Of a stretch of DNA of 64,000 bases, positions 26,761-40,200 are shown in pieces. Source of the stretch: Mobula hypostoma. Its lineage: Eukaryota. A model generated the notes under the pieces. That model was not told where the DNA came from. It ran no database searches and saw nothing but the letters and a program-made list of their open reading frames with translations. Location: contig NC_086097.1 in assembly GCF_963921235.1 (NCBI RefSeq), forward strand, positions 184,018,001 to 184,082,000, written 5' to 3'. The position numbers and the translations under genes are program-made. The first letter of the stretch is position 1, and every line of letters starts with the position of its first letter.

Positions 26761-28271
26761 GAAATATGCTACAGCTTTTACATTAAGAAACAGTATTTCA
26801 AATATACAAATTCATGTTTATAAAATTAAATGTGAAGCTGGCTAAAAGAATGTCTGATGCAAGCGGTGCATTAAACTATTGCTCATTTGCTTAACAAGGA
26901 AGTCCTAATAATGTAGATTATAATCTGAGATTGTACCATGACTGTGATTAGGTGAAGTTTGTTTTGTGTTTAATGATTATGTGAGAGCTTTCTGAATTAC
27001 TTCTTTTATCAGTTAACACTGAAAGATGTTGAATAATATCTAACTATTTGGTAAAAAACAAAAAAGCCTTGCTTGTGAGTAAGCATATATAATAAGTTAT
27101 TTTACTCTGAGTATTTATCATGCTGAGAGAACAGAATTCTGCTGATTCAGTGTACCATAAGACCATAAGACATAGGAGCAGAATTTGGCCCATCAGATCT
27201 GCTCTGCCATTCCATCATGGCAGATTTATTACCCCTCTCAACTCTATTGTGCTGCCCTCTCCCTACAACCTTAACTAATTAGGAACCTATCAATCCCCAC
27301 TTAAAATGTATCCAATGACTTGGCCTCTACAGCTGTTTGTGGCAATTAATTCCACAGATTCACGACCTGGCTAAAGGAACTGCTCCTCATCTCTGCTCTA
27401 AATGGACATCCAACTATCCTGAGGCTGTGCTCTCTTGTCTTAGATACTCCCACTATAGGAAACATCCCCTCCATATCCACTGTCTTGGCCTTTCAATATT
27501 CAATAGATTTCATAGAGACCCCCCCCTCCTATTTTTTCTTCTAAACTCCAGCGAGTACAGGCCCGGAGCCATCAAAACCTCCTCATATGTTAACCCTTTC
27601 CTTTCTGGAGTCATTCTCGTAAACATCCTCTGTTCCCTCTCCAATAACTTCACATCTTAGATAAGGGGCCCAAAACTGCTCACAAGGCTCCCAATGTGAT
27701 TCGACTAATGCCTTATAAATCCTCAGCACTGCGTCCTTGCTTTTATATTCTAGTCCTCTTGAAATGAATGTTAACATTGCATTTGCCTTCCTTACCACAC
27801 ACTCAACCTGCAAGTTAACCTTTAGAGAAGTGTGCATAAGGACTCCAAAATCCTTCTGCACTTTTGATTTTTGAATTTTGTCCCCATTTGGAAAACTTGG
27901 TCACAAAGCCATCAATTTCAATATCCAAATCATTAGCATATAATGTAAAAAGAAGCAATCCCTATTCTAACCCCTGTAGAACAACACTAGTCATTGGCAG
28001 GCACCAGAAAAAGCACCCTTAATCCCAGTCTTTGCCTCTTGCCAGTTTGCCAATCTCATATCCATGCTAGTATCTTTCTTGTAATGCCATGGGCTCTTAT
28101 CTTGTTAAACAGCCTCACGTGTGGCACTAGCTAGGCCTTCTGAAAATCCAAGTACACAACATCCACCAATTCTCCTCTGTCTATCCTTCTTGTTATTTCT
28201 TTAAAGTATTCCAGCAGATTTGTTAGGAAGATTTCCCTTAAGGAAACCATGCTGACTTTGGCCTATTTTAT

Positions 28272-29333
28272 TGTAACGCTCAGTTATATTGGCTCGTATA
28301 TGTTTAGGGGAACTCCCACCCAGTACCTGCCTCAAAGCTTCCTACGGAGTCGGTCGCTGCACCACAGCCGCCCAAATCAACCCCTAACATCAATCATCAG
28401 CCAGCACACCCAGTACATTTTACCAAGTACACTTTATAGATATTACTAAGTCTATGAAATTAATATAAATGCGATACAGAAAAGGAAGAAATGAAAAAAA
28501 AGAGGCGCCAAGACTTATCAAAGTCCAAGTTCTTCGTGCGCAACCATTGGAGCTCAATCAATCCCTGATGACCACCCGGATCCTGTCGACTCACGGCTCG
28601 GGACCACCTGCAGTGATCGACTGGAGCCTTTTCGCACGTCCGCCGTCCTCCCCGTCTCTCCTCCGACTCCCCCACAAAAAACCCCGTCCGTCGTCCTCCC
28701 CGTCTCTCCTCCGACTCCCCCCCAAAAAACCCCGTCCACCGTCCTCCCCGTCTCTCCTCCGACTCCCCGCCAAAAACCCCTGCACGTCCGCCATCCTCTC
28801 CGTCTCTCCTCCGATTCCCCGCCAAAATCCCCCGCACGTCCACCGTCCTCCCCGTCTCTCCTCCGACTCCCCGCCAAAAACCCCCGCACGTCCGCCGTCC
28901 TCCTCGTCTCTCCTCTGACTCCCCGCCAAAAAACCCCGTCCACCGTCCTCTCCGTCTCTCCTCCGACTCCCCCCCCAAAAAACCCAGTCCACTGTCCTCT
29001 CCGTCTCTCCTCTGACACCCCGTCTCTCCTCCGACTCCCCGCCAAAAACCCCCATTCCCAGTCCTCTCCGTCTCTCCTCCGACTCGCCCTGCAATAAACC
29101 CCGTCCACCGTCCTCTCCGTCTCTCTTCCAACTCCCCGCCAAAAACCCCCGTCCCCAGTCATGTGAGACAGCATTACCACCCGAGAAAAACAATAACATG
29201 GATACCCACTGGCTAATAGCACCCTGCTGTCTGTATTAACCCAAGCAAATGTCTAGCTAGAGACTTTCTCAGCATTTAACATAACAAAGAAGCCATTTTA
29301 AATTTAACATACAAAAAAGAAAGACCCCATGCA
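28272..29333. mobile_element. Solo LTR with internal minisatellite
   Basis: Starts TGTAAC, ends CA; 4-bp TSD TTAT (28268-28271 and 29334-29337) precisely interrupting CR1. Confidence 0.8.
28633..29158. repeat. C-rich minisatellite, ~48-52-bp unit, ~11 copies
   Basis: Repeated core CCGTCTCTCCTCCGACTCCCCGCCAAAAACCCC. Confidence 0.95.
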
Positions 29334-31814
29334 TTATCATGAGCCATCAAGTACACTGAAACCTCATACCTAATAAGGTACTCCAGCATTGTACCAAACA
29401 CTGAAGTCTGGCTTACTGACCGATTATTTCCCTTTCTATGCCTCCCTCCCTTCTTACAGAATGGAATGAACCAGTTTTCTGGAAGCATTCCAGAATCTAG
29501 TGATTCTTGAAAAATCATTACTAATGCCTCCATGATCTTTTCAACATTCAGCTTCCCAAGCACCTTCTCCCTAGTAACAACAAATACACTCACTTCTGCC
29601 CCCTAAGCCCCTTGAATTGCTAGCATACTGCTAGTGACTTCCATAGTGAAGACTGAGGCAAAATACTTATTAAGTTTGTCTGCCATTTCTTTGTCCCCAT
29701 TGCTGCCTCTCTAGAATCATTTTCCAGCAGTCTGATATCCATTCTTACCTCTCTTTTACTCTTTATATATCTGAAAAATACTTTTTGTATCCTCTTTTAT
29801 ATTATTGGCTAGCTTACCTTCAAATTTCATTTTTTCTCTTGTCTTCTGTTGCCTTCAGTTGGTTTTTACAAGCCTCCCAATCTTTGAACTTTGCACTAAT
29901 TTTTGCTGAGTTATATATCCTCTGTTTTGCTTCTCAGCCATCTTTGACGTCCTTTTTCAGCCATCATCCTTCATTAAGCTTTTCCTTTCTTTGGTGTTGC
30001 TCAGGTGATTCTGTTGTAAGCTTGTGTGAGATGGAAGGGCAGAAAAAAAATCAATTTGTCCATCCAATCTATCCTCTAACAACATGATTTAAAATAGTAG
30101 CATAACTATTTTTCCCCTACCAATGCCATTAATCTTGCCACCGTAAGCTGATGATTATTTCCTAATAAGGAAATGTTTTCGGACTTCACCTGATGACTGA
30201 AGCTAGCTAGGTGGGCAATGTGGTCAACATGGACTCGTTAGGCTGAATGGCCTACAGCTGTGCTGCATTAGTCTATGATTCTACTCTATGAACATTCTCT
30301 AGTGGCACAGACCACAAGACAAAAGAATGAAAAATAAAGTTGTATAACTCAATAATTAAAACAGTTTTCAGTGAAAAGTAGTTGTAAGAAAAAATGAATG
30401 CAGACATTGATACAGCTCTCTGCTAGATGTGTCTGTGTACAACTAATAGAATGCACTACCAATAAATATGGTCTCAATTTGCCTGCAATCAACAGCTCCT
30501 TTCTTGTCTTCTCTTTGTTAATCATTTGAATGCCCTCTTGGCAAAAAGAAAGACTCTGATTTCTTGCCATTTTCTTCAAGAATATTTGCAATAACATCTG
30601 ATTGGAATTTATGTGAAACTGGTTAAACTGGTTAGGCTTTTATTCATAAGATAATGTAATATCTTATTACAGTAGGTGGTGATGGGGTTATACAATATAT
30701 TTGTTCTAATATTAATACCTTTTGCACTTCTGCACAAAGACTATCAACATTATATAATATTCAATTTTTGTGTCCATGACAGAAAGTTTAGCATACAATG
30801 AGCAATTTTTAAATTATTTGCATTTGCAATAGACCACAAATTTAATTGGAAGAAAATCCTGCACTGCATACTAAAACAAGACAATTTTAATTAATATACA
30901 CTGATGCAGTTGACAGTGACAGCACTCATGTGGAGTTTGTCTCTGTCTCCAAGCAGACATGGCATAGTACTGCCATGGACAGGTGTAGTAATCAACATGC
31001 AAGCACTGCCTGAACCTTTCTTTCTCCTTCACTCTTTATCCCCCGGCAACTAATTAAATGCAGACAAACTCACAAAAGCCCCTGCACAACAATGGCTGGC
31101 CATTTCTAGAGCAGCCATCGCCTGAAGGTATGTGGAGACAGGTGTTCCTTTATTTCCTATCTTTTTCATATTATGAAACTAAATGAGGATTCAGGCACAA
31201 ATCCTGCTGCACCATGGGAATTCAAAGGGTCATTGAGGTTAGAACAACATTGTTGAAAAGAGAAAGAAAAATGATCTGCTTAATGATGCTGCAAATATTA
31301 AGAGTGCATCTCTCTGAAGCATGTACCTGCTGATAAATTCTGAGGAGACAGAAGCATAGTGTGCCCGGTGCTGATTGTTCTAATTCTCTCAAATAGCTAG
31401 AAAATATTCTGTTCCCAAGTTCCATACATAATGGAACAGGCATATAGCTTTCTGCACTTTCATTGTTCAAGGAAAATGTGGCTTAGCTATATATTACTGC
31501 AATAAGGTAAGGTAAGTAGGAGTGATCCAAACACCTGTCAATTTAATAATGAATTAAATGAAGACCCAATAAGGTTCTTGAAGTAGCAGAATCATAGTTG
31601 GCATAAAGTAACATTTTTACTAATTATCAACTGCAATATTAATTTCAATTCAGTGGAATCTCAGAAAATACAGCAGTACATCATTTAGATGGTTCCTCAA
31701 GGCCTTCAGTGGTCTTTTAGGAGAAGTTTCAACGCATAACCTCCATGGAAGAATGTGCTAAGTTAGTAAAAGTCCAATTAGACAAATTTCTATAAGAATC
31801 ATTTGTTAAATAAT

Positions 31815-32700
31815 AGTTCAGTAATATAACCATATTGATTGAGGACGACCTGCTAGGAGAAGCCACAATGACCAGGTCTGCAGCACTGAATCTGGCTCTG
31901 GGGTTTAGAAGGGAAGGGGGAGAAGAGAAGTGCAGTGGTGACAGGGGTTCAATCACTGGGGGAACAGACAGGACGTTTTGTGAATGTAATGAGACATCCA
32001 GATGGTATATTGTCTTCCAGGTGCCAGGGTTGGAGACATCTCAAATCAAGTCCTCAGCATTCTTAACGAGGGTGAGCAGTCAGAATTCATGGTGCATACT
32101 GGTAGCAACACTATAGGTAGGAAAAGGGATAGGGTTAGGTAAGAAGCTGAAAAGCAGGTTTAAGGTTAGTAATTCCTGAATTGCTGCATGTGCAAAGCTC
32201 CAGTGAAGGTAAGAATAGGATTATTAGGCAGGTGTGAATGGGTGACCAAAGAATTGATGCAGGAGCAGGGTTTCAGATTTGTGGAACTTTGGGATTTCTT
32301 CTGGGGACTGTATGACTGGTACAAAAAGGACAAGTTATACCTGAAGTTGAGAGGGACCAATATACTTGCAGGCAGGACAGCTGAAGCTATTAGGAAGGGT
32401 TTAAAGTAGTTTGGCAGGCAGATTGGGAACCAGGGTGATAGGATGAAGCAGTTGATCTTAAAGGTAAATTCAGCATGTAGAGAGACTAGGAGGGAGAATA
32501 GGCAATGGATAAGCCATAATTGCAGTCATTTGGCTGAGTTGAAATGTGTCTATTTTAATACAAGAAGTATTAATAACAAGGGTGATGAACTTAAAGCATG
32601 GACAGTACATGGACCTATGACATTGCTGTTATTACTGAGATTTGGATGTCACAAGGGCAGCAATGGCTGCTGGGTGTTTCATAAAGGACAAGGAGGGACA
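31815..32700 (+). mobile_element. Degraded CR1 ORF1 / ORF2 N-terminal fragment
   Basis: GTDRTFC; YKKDKLYLKLRGTNILAGR; CVYFNTRSINNKGDELKAW. Confidence 0.8.
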
Positions 32701-33474
32701 GGACCCCACTGCCTCAATTCAGCCCGTATCCACCTCGCCGCAACCATCCTGCCCCTTCAAGACGTCAGTTCACACTGAAAAAGTGGCAGGTCATATGAGC
32801 ATTTAAAAACTCAATTCCAAAAGAGAAGTTACAGGGTATTAATGACAGAGAACATATCTAAGAAAGAGTCTGATTAATACAGTAATTTATATTGTTTAGC
32901 TTGATTCACTAGTACCATCTTAAACTGGAAGTGTATCTATATATTCTATAATTTTTTGTTAGGTTGACCATATCTTGTATGATTATATTTCCTTAGCGTT
33001 TCTCTTAACTTTCTTGCTTGGGTTATCTATTTTATATTCAATTAAGCAGGCTATTTTTGCTCTGAACATTCCAATTTTGTTTCTTAACTTGTTCTGCCAT
33101 TTTGGTGTTCTCACTTCATTACTCAGTTTTAGGCTTCTACTAATAATTGCCTCTATTTTGGAGTCATTGCACTGCACTGCTGTTAATGCTACACAGTATG
33201 TTAATGTGTGTAGTTCTTCAAATATTTGAAGTTTTCCTAAATATTGTGGTAATATACAATGGTGTTAGAAAGTTTGTGAACCCTGTAGAACTTTCTCTAA
33301 TTCTGCATAAATATGACCTAAAATGTGATCACATCTTCACATAAGTCGTAAACTAGATAAAGAGAACCCAATTAAATAAATAACACAAAAAACATTATAC
33401 TTGTTCATGTATTCATTGAGAAAATTGATCAATATTATATGTATTTGTTGAAAAAAGTATGTGAACTTTTGATT

Positions 33475-34611
33475 TCAGTAATTGGTGTGACCCTCCTGTA
33501 CAGCATTAACTTCAACTAAACATTTCCAGTTAACTGTTGATCAGTCCTGTAGATTGGCTTGGAGGAATTCTAGGCCATTTCTCCTTACAAAACTGCTTCA
33601 ACTCGAGGATGCTGGTGGGCTTCCTTATATGAACTGCTTGATTCAGGTCATTCCACAACATTTCTATAAGACTAAGGTCAGGATTTTGACTCAGCCATTC
33701 GAAAACACACATTTTCTTCTTTTTAAACCATTCTGTTGTTGACTTACTCTTGTCTTTTGGATGTTTATCTTGTCGCATTATGCAACTTCTATTAAACTTC
33801 AGAGGCAGTGGCAAGTGGAATATGGCATTGGGAAATGTATGATAATTTTTTTTAGTAAAAGGAACAATAGTGCAGACTATTACCTAAATGGGGAGAAAAT
33901 TCAGCTCCTATGTCTTATGGTCTTATGATGATGGGCTGCTACCCTGACATTCTCCCGTAAAATGTCTTAATACAATTTTGAATTCATTGTTCCCTCAACG
34001 ATTGTAAGCCATCTAGGCCCTGGATCAGAAAAGCAGCCCCAAACCATGATGCTCCTTCCACCATGCTTCACAGTTGGAATGAGGTTTTGGTGGTGGTGTG
34101 CAGTGCCCCTTTTCCACCAAACATAGCAATATGCATCTCTGTCAAAAAATTCAACTTCTGTTTCACTTGTCCACAGAACATGGTCCTAGAAGTGTTGTAG
34201 AACATCCAGGTTGTCTTTTGCAAACTTGAGATGCACAGCAAAGATTTTTTTGGGGATAAGCTGTTTCTTCCCATGCACACCATCCTTATTTGGTGTTTTT
34301 CTTATAGTGGACACATGAATAGAGAATTTGGCAAGCTCTGGAGATTTCTGCAGGTCTTTTGCTGTTACCCTTGGGTTCTTTTTCACTTCCTTCAGCATTG
34401 CAATTTGTACTCTTGGTGTGATCTTTGCAGGATGCCCACTCCTAGGGAGAGTAGCAAAAGTACTGAGTTTCCTCCATTTGTAGATAATTTCTCTTACTGT
34501 GGACTGATAAACACTCAGATCTTTAGAAATGCTTTTGTAGCCTTTTCCAGCTTCGTGCATCTCTACAAATCATTCCCTAAGGTCCTCTCAAAGCTGTTTT
34601 GATCAAGGCAT
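33475..34611 (-). pseudogene. Tc1 transposase, disrupted
   Basis: HEAGKGYKSISKDL...PRSGHPAKIT; QDKHPK...WLSQNPDLSLIEMLW with 34 residues between the second D and E; stops, frameshifts and a CR1 insert. Confidence 0.9.
33805..33927 (+). mobile_element. Mini CR1 insert (internal RT segment fused to 3' tail)
   Basis: Resembles CR1 at about 38650-38750 joined to the tail CTCCTATGTCTTATGGTCTTATG. Confidence 0.7.
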
Positions 34612-35513
34612 AGTGCAAATAAACAGATCTTTCTTGAGAAGTGCAGGCTCTGTCAGTAATCTGATGTTGTGTGCCTTATTTTAGGGCAGAGCAACTCTGT
34701 AACCCATGTCTCCAATCTCATCTCATTGATTGGAACCTGACTCCAAAAAGCTTTTGTAGAAGAGATTACCCCAGAGATTCACATACTTTTCCCAACAAAT
34801 ACATGTAATATTGGATCATTTTGCTCAATAAATAACTGAACAAGTATAATGATTTTGTGTTATTTATTTAATTGGATTCTTTTTATCTAGTTTTAGGACT
34901 TACGTGAAGATCTGATCTCATTTTAGGTTATATTTATGCAGAAATAGAGAAAATTCTACAGGTTCACAAACTTTCTAGCTTCACTTAATATTGTTGAGAA
35001 TATTAACAACTTTTTCAAATTTTGGTGATGTGTTTTGTTTTGATATGTGGCATCTTTTTGTTGGCTCAGTGTCCATGTATTCTGTTAGTGTGATGCTAAA
35101 TTTTAGGATAATTTTATCTACAAGCTCAGCTTTATCAACAGCATTCTGTGGAGACTCTGTGTTGTTGTTATTACTGCCAGGTTGTATAAATTCTACAAAG
35201 TTTTCGTAATTTTTTTTGGCAAATTTCAGGGATAAGTACCTGTGGGGAGATTAGTGGGGAGGGATGAATTGACAGAAGAATCATGGAGGGAGAGATCGCT
35301 GCAGAGAGAAGAGGGATGTAACAACATAACCAGCGCACCAGTTGTGAGTTGGAGAGCAGGGAAGGTTCAGGCATAAAAGGGAGGCACTGCCTAGCGGAAC
35401 AGACATCGACAGAATGATCTGAGGCTGAGTGGCAGGGCTCTGGCTCATTTGAGCTCTGGCAAGGTAAGTGGACTTTGTTTTTCCCTTGCATTTTTTTTGG
35501 AGGAATAGAGAGC

Positions 35514-36450
35514 ATGTCTATAGGGTTAGTTCTTTGCTCTGGGTGTCAGATGTGGGAATCCTGGGAATTTTCCAGTCTCCCAGATGGCCAGATCTGCGCC
35601 GGGTACACTGAGGTGCAGCTCCTGAGAGACCGTGTTAGGGATCTGGAGCTGCGGCTTGATGATCTACAGCTTATTAGGGGGAATGAGCAGGAGAGAGATA
35701 GGAGTTACAAGGAATTAGTTACCCTCGAGGTTGCAGGAGTTAGATAAATGAGTAACTGTCAGGGAAGGGATGGGAAGAGCTCAGATAGTAGAGAACACCC
35801 CTTTGGCCATCCCCCTCAGTAATCGTTATCTCGTTTTGGATGCCGTTGGGTGGGGATGACCTGGCAGAGGATGACCACGGCGATCGGGTATCTGGCACTG
35901 AGCCTGGATCCATGATACAGAAGGGAGAGAAGAAGATAAGGAATGCGGTAGTCACAGGGGATTCCATAGTGAGGGGAACAGACAGGACGTTCTGTCAGCC
36001 TGATAGAGATACCCGCATGGTGTGTTGCCTCCCAAGTGCCAGGGTACGGTATATCTCAGATTGGGTGCAGAGTATTCTGAAGGGAGAGGGTGAACTGCCA
36101 AAAGTCTTGGTACATGTTGGTACCAATAGCATAGGTAGAAAAAAGGAGGAGGTCCTGGAGAGAGAATTCAGAGGGTTGAGTAGAAAGCTGAAAAGCAGGA
36201 CCTCCAGCGTAGTAATCTCAGGATTGCTGCCTGTGCCACGTGTAACGAGTGCAAGAATAGCGTGATCAAGCATATTAATATGTGGCTGAGAGACTGGTGT
36301 AGGGGGCAGTGCTTCAGATTCCTGGATCCTTGGGGCCTCTTCTCAGGGAGGTACGACCTGTACAAAAAGGATGGGTTACACCTGAACCCAAAGGGGTCCA
36401 ATACCCTAGCAGGCAGGTTTAATAGAGCTGTTAGGAAGGGTTTAAACTAA
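35514..36450 (+). pseudogene. CR1 ORF1 (Cys motif, coiled coil, SGNH esterase)
   Basis: CSGCQMW; LLRDRVRDLELRLDDL; VTGDSIVRG; VHVGTN; KDGLHLN. Confidence 0.88.
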
Positions 36451-36599
36451 TTTGGAAGGGGGATGGGAACTGGAGTGACAGGACAGAGGAAGGGGAAAAC
36501 AAAAATAAATCGAAGATACTGTGCAACAGAGATGATAGAAAGGACAGACAGGAGATGAGGTATGATCACAGCTAGTGGGATGAGTTACAGGGCAATAGA

Positions 36600-39395
36600 G
36601 ACATGGTGTAGTTAAAATTGAAACAACAAATATGGGATTGAAGGTGTTATATTTGAATGCACGCAGTATAAGAAATAAAATGGATGATCTTGAAATTCAG
36701 CTACAGATTGCCAAGTATGACATTGTTGCCATCTCTGAAACTTGGCTAAAGGATGGCACCATTTGGAGCGGAATGTCTAAGAATATACGGTGTATCGGAA
36801 AGATAGGTTAGTAGGCAGAGGGGGTGGAGTGGCCCTGTGTATAAGAAATAATATTAAATTATTAGAAAGAGATGACATAGGATCAGAAGGTGTAGAGTCT
36901 CTATGGCTTCGGCTAAGAAATGGCAAGGGTAAAAGGACCCTAATGGCAGTTGTATACAGGTCTCTGAACAGCAGCCGGGATGTGGATTACAAATTACAGC
37001 AGGAGATAGAAAAGGTATGTCAGAAGGGCAATGTCATGATAATCGTTTGGGGATTTTAACATGAAAGGGAATTGAGAAAACCAGGCCAGTACTGGACCTC
37101 AAGATAGAGAGTTTGTAGAAAGTCTAAGGGATGGCTTTTTAGAACAGCTTGTTGTTGAGCCCATCAAGGGATCGGCTGTGCTGGATTGGGTGTTGTGCAA
37201 TGTCTGGAAGTGATAAGAGAGCTTAAGGTTAAGGAATCCTTGATTAAGCTTTCTTTGAAATTTGAGGAGGAGAAACTAAATTCCAATGTGTCGGTATCTT
37301 AGTGGAATAAAGAAATTACAATGACATGAGAGGGGAACTGGCCAAGGCTGACTGGAAAGAGGCAGTAACAGGAAGGACAGCGGAACGGCAATGACTGGAG
37401 TTTCTGCGAAAGATGAGGGAAGTACAAGACAGATATATTCCATTAAGAAGAAATTTTTGAATGGAAGAAGGACAAGTGAAGTCAGAACCAAAGTAAAAAC
37501 AAAAGAGAGGGCATACCAGGAAGCCAAAGCTCATGGAAAAATAGAGGATTGGGAAGCTTTTAAAGACTTTCAGCAGGAAACTAAGAAGGTCATTAGGAAG
37601 GAAAAGATGAATTATGAAAGGAAGTTGGCAACTAATATCAAAGAAGAAACTAAAAGTATTTTTAAGTATATAAAGGGTAAAAGAGAGTTGAGGGTGGATA
37701 GAGGACCAATAGAAAATTAGGCTGGAGATATTGTAATGAGAGACATAGAGATGGCAAAGGAACTGAATGCGTATTTTGCATCAGTCTTCATAGTGGAAGA
37801 CATCTGCGGTGTATCGGATATTCAAGAGTGTCAGGGAAGTGAAGTACGTGCAGTGAAAATCACGACTGAGAAGGTGCTCAGGAAGCTTAATGGTTTGAGG
37901 CTGAATAAATCTCCTGGACCTAATGGATTGCACCCTTGAGTTCTGAAGGAAGTAGCTGGAGAGATTGTAGAGGCATTAACGATGATCTATCAAGAAACAA
38001 TAGATTCTGGCCTTGTACTGGATGACTGGAAAATTGCAAATGTTATTCCGTTATTTAAGAGGGATGGGAGGCAGCAGAAAGGAAACTATAGACCTGTTAG
38101 CCTGACATCACTGGTTGAGAAGTTGTTGGAATTGATCGTTAGGGATGAGATTACGGAGTACCCAGAGGCACATGACAAGATAGGTCAAAGCCAGCATGAT
38201 TTCCTGAAAGAAAAATTCTGCCTGACTAATCTATTGCAATTTTTTGAGGAAATTACAAGCAGGGTAAACAAGGGAGATGTAGTAAATATAGTGTACTTGG
38301 ATTTTCAGAAGGCCTTTGAAAAGTTGCCGTACATGAGGTTGCTTAGCAAAATAAGAGCCCATGGAATCACAGGGGAGTTTCTAGCATGGGTGGAGAATTG
38401 GCTGATCGGCAGAAAACAGAGTGGAAATAAAGGGATCTTATTCTGGCTGGCTGCCAGTTACTAATGGAGCTCCACAGGGGTCGGTGTTGGGACTGTTGCT
38501 TTTTACAATGTATGTCAATGATTTGCACTATGGAATTAATGGATTTATGGCTAAATTTGCTGATGATACAAAGATAGTTGGAGGAGTGGGTACTGTTCAG
38601 GAAACAGAGAGCCTGCAGAGAGATTTAGATAGTTTAGGGGAATGAGCAAAGAAGTGGCAAATGAAGTACAATGTTGGAAAGTTTATGGTCATGTACTTCG
38701 ATGGATGAAATAAACAGGCAGACTATTATTTAGATGGGGAGAGAATTCAAAATGCAGAGATGCAAAGGAACTTGGGAGTCCTTGTGTAGGATACCCTAAA
38801 GGTTAACCTCCAGGTTGAGTCAGTGGTGAAGAAGGTGTATGCAATGTTGGCATTAATTTCTAGAGGTATGGAATATAAGCGCAGGGATGTGATGTTGAGG
38901 TTCTATAAGGCACTCGTGAAACCACACTTGGAGTATTGTGTGCAGTTTTGGGCTCCTTATTTTAGAAAGGATATACTAACGTTGGAGAGGGTTCAGAGAA
39001 AATTCACGAGAGTCATTCCAGGAATGAAAGAGTTACCATATGAGGAACGTCTGGCAGCTCTTGGGCTGTATTCCCTGGAGTTCAGGAAAATGAGGGGGAA
39101 TCTCGTAGAAACATTCCGAATGTTAAAAGGCCTGAACAGATTAGATATGGTAAAGTTATTTCCCATGGTAAGGGAGTCTAGGACAAGAGGGCACAACTTC
39201 AGAATTGAAGTACGTCCATTTAGAACAGAGATTTGGATAAATTAGTTTAGTCAGAGGGTGTTAAATCTGTGGAATTTGTTGCCACCAGTGGCTGTGAAAG
39301 CCAAGTCCTTGGGTGCATTTAAGGCAGAGATAGATAGGTTCTTGATTAGTCAGGGCATCAAAGGGTATGGGGAGAAGACAGAGGAGTGGGGATGA
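36600..39395 (+). pseudogene. CR1 ORF2, disrupted
   Basis: [57 protein letters not shown]. Confidence 0.92.
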
Positions 39396-39492
39396 CTGGG
39401 AGAATTGGAACTGCCCAGGATTGAATGGCAGAGCAGACTCGATGGGCCGAATAGCCTACTTCTGCTCCTATGTCTTATGGTTTTATGGTCTT

Positions 39493-40200
39493 ATGTTTGG
39501 TGGTGGGTCCTTTTGGAAATGGCAGAAGTTGTGGAGAAGGATGTGTTGGATGCAGAGTCTCATGGGGTGGTAAGTAAGAACAAGAGGAACTACCTTTGTT
39601 CAGACAGTGGGAAGATGGAGTGAGAGTGGGTGTTCAGGAAATGAAGGTGAGGGCAGCATTAATAGTGGAGGAAGGGAAAACCGCATCCTGGGAACAGATG
39701 TGGCTGTGATGAAGAAACTGAGAAAAAGAAATAGCATTTTTACTGGAGACAGGATAAACCAGAGGAAGAGATATAGACAATATAGCTGTGGAAATCGGTA
39801 GCTTTATAAAAGGTGGTGATTGAAGCTTTTCTCCAGAAATGGAAACAGAGTGATTTAGAGAGGGGAGGGAGGTCTCAGAAATGGACCAAGTGGATTTAAG
39901 GGCAAGGTGGAAGTTAGAGGCAAAGTTGCTGAAATTGCTGAGCTCAGCATGGGTGCATGAAGCAGCACCAATGCAGCCTTCAACGAAGAGTTGAGGAGCA
40001 TTACCGGGGAAGGCTTGGAACATGGACTGTTCTATGTAGTCAATGAAAATGCAGGCATTACTGGGGCCTATGTGGGTGCCCCTTCAGTCTGGACAAAGTG
40101 GGAGGAGACAGAGGAAACATTGTTGAGAGTGTGGACTAGTTCTGCCAGACAAAGAAGGGTGGTAATGGAGGGGAATTGGTTAGTTCTTTTATTGTGGAAG
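39493..40200 (-). mobile_element. Penelope-like element RT remnant (other part at about 35215-35319)
   Basis: ORF 39634-40023: PQLF..GCIGAASCTHAEL.NF.NFASNFH.ALK.TWSISETSLP.L..SVSISG.KL. Confidence 0.8.

Larger units (their letters stand above)
27155..29990 (-). mobile_element. CR1 LINE fragment split by a solo LTR
   Basis: CCATAAGACCATAAGACATAGG tail; ORFs 27583-27861 and 29276-29593 carry CR1 RT motifs; the sequence rejoins across 28272-29333. Confidence 0.85.
33257..34985 (-). mobile_element. Tc1-family (DD34E) DNA transposon with ~210-bp TIRs
   Basis: TIRs at about 33257-33466 and 34777-34985 are reverse complements; TA flanks; transposase remnants inside. Confidence 0.93.
35320..39492 (+). 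mobile_element. Full-length CR1 LINE (5'UTR, ORF1, ORF2) inserted in a Penelope remnant
   Basis: ORF1 and ORF2 remnants; tail (CTTATGGT)n; flanked by ATGT (35316-35319 and 39493-39496) with Penelope-like sequence on both sides. Confidence 0.92.

Noticed and set aside
28633..29158. Array superficially resembling CRISPR
   Set aside because: Units are contiguous with no unique spacers; eukaryotic context and no cas genes.
28460..29222. 200+ aa Gly/Arg/Glu-rich and Pro-rich ORFs
   Set aside because: By-products of the stop-poor minisatellite inside a solo LTR.
31064..31127. Plus-strand exon candidate (AG...GTATGT), and another at about 52127-52170
   Set aside because: No recognisable protein and no consistent chain of exons; such splice-like pairs are frequent by chance.
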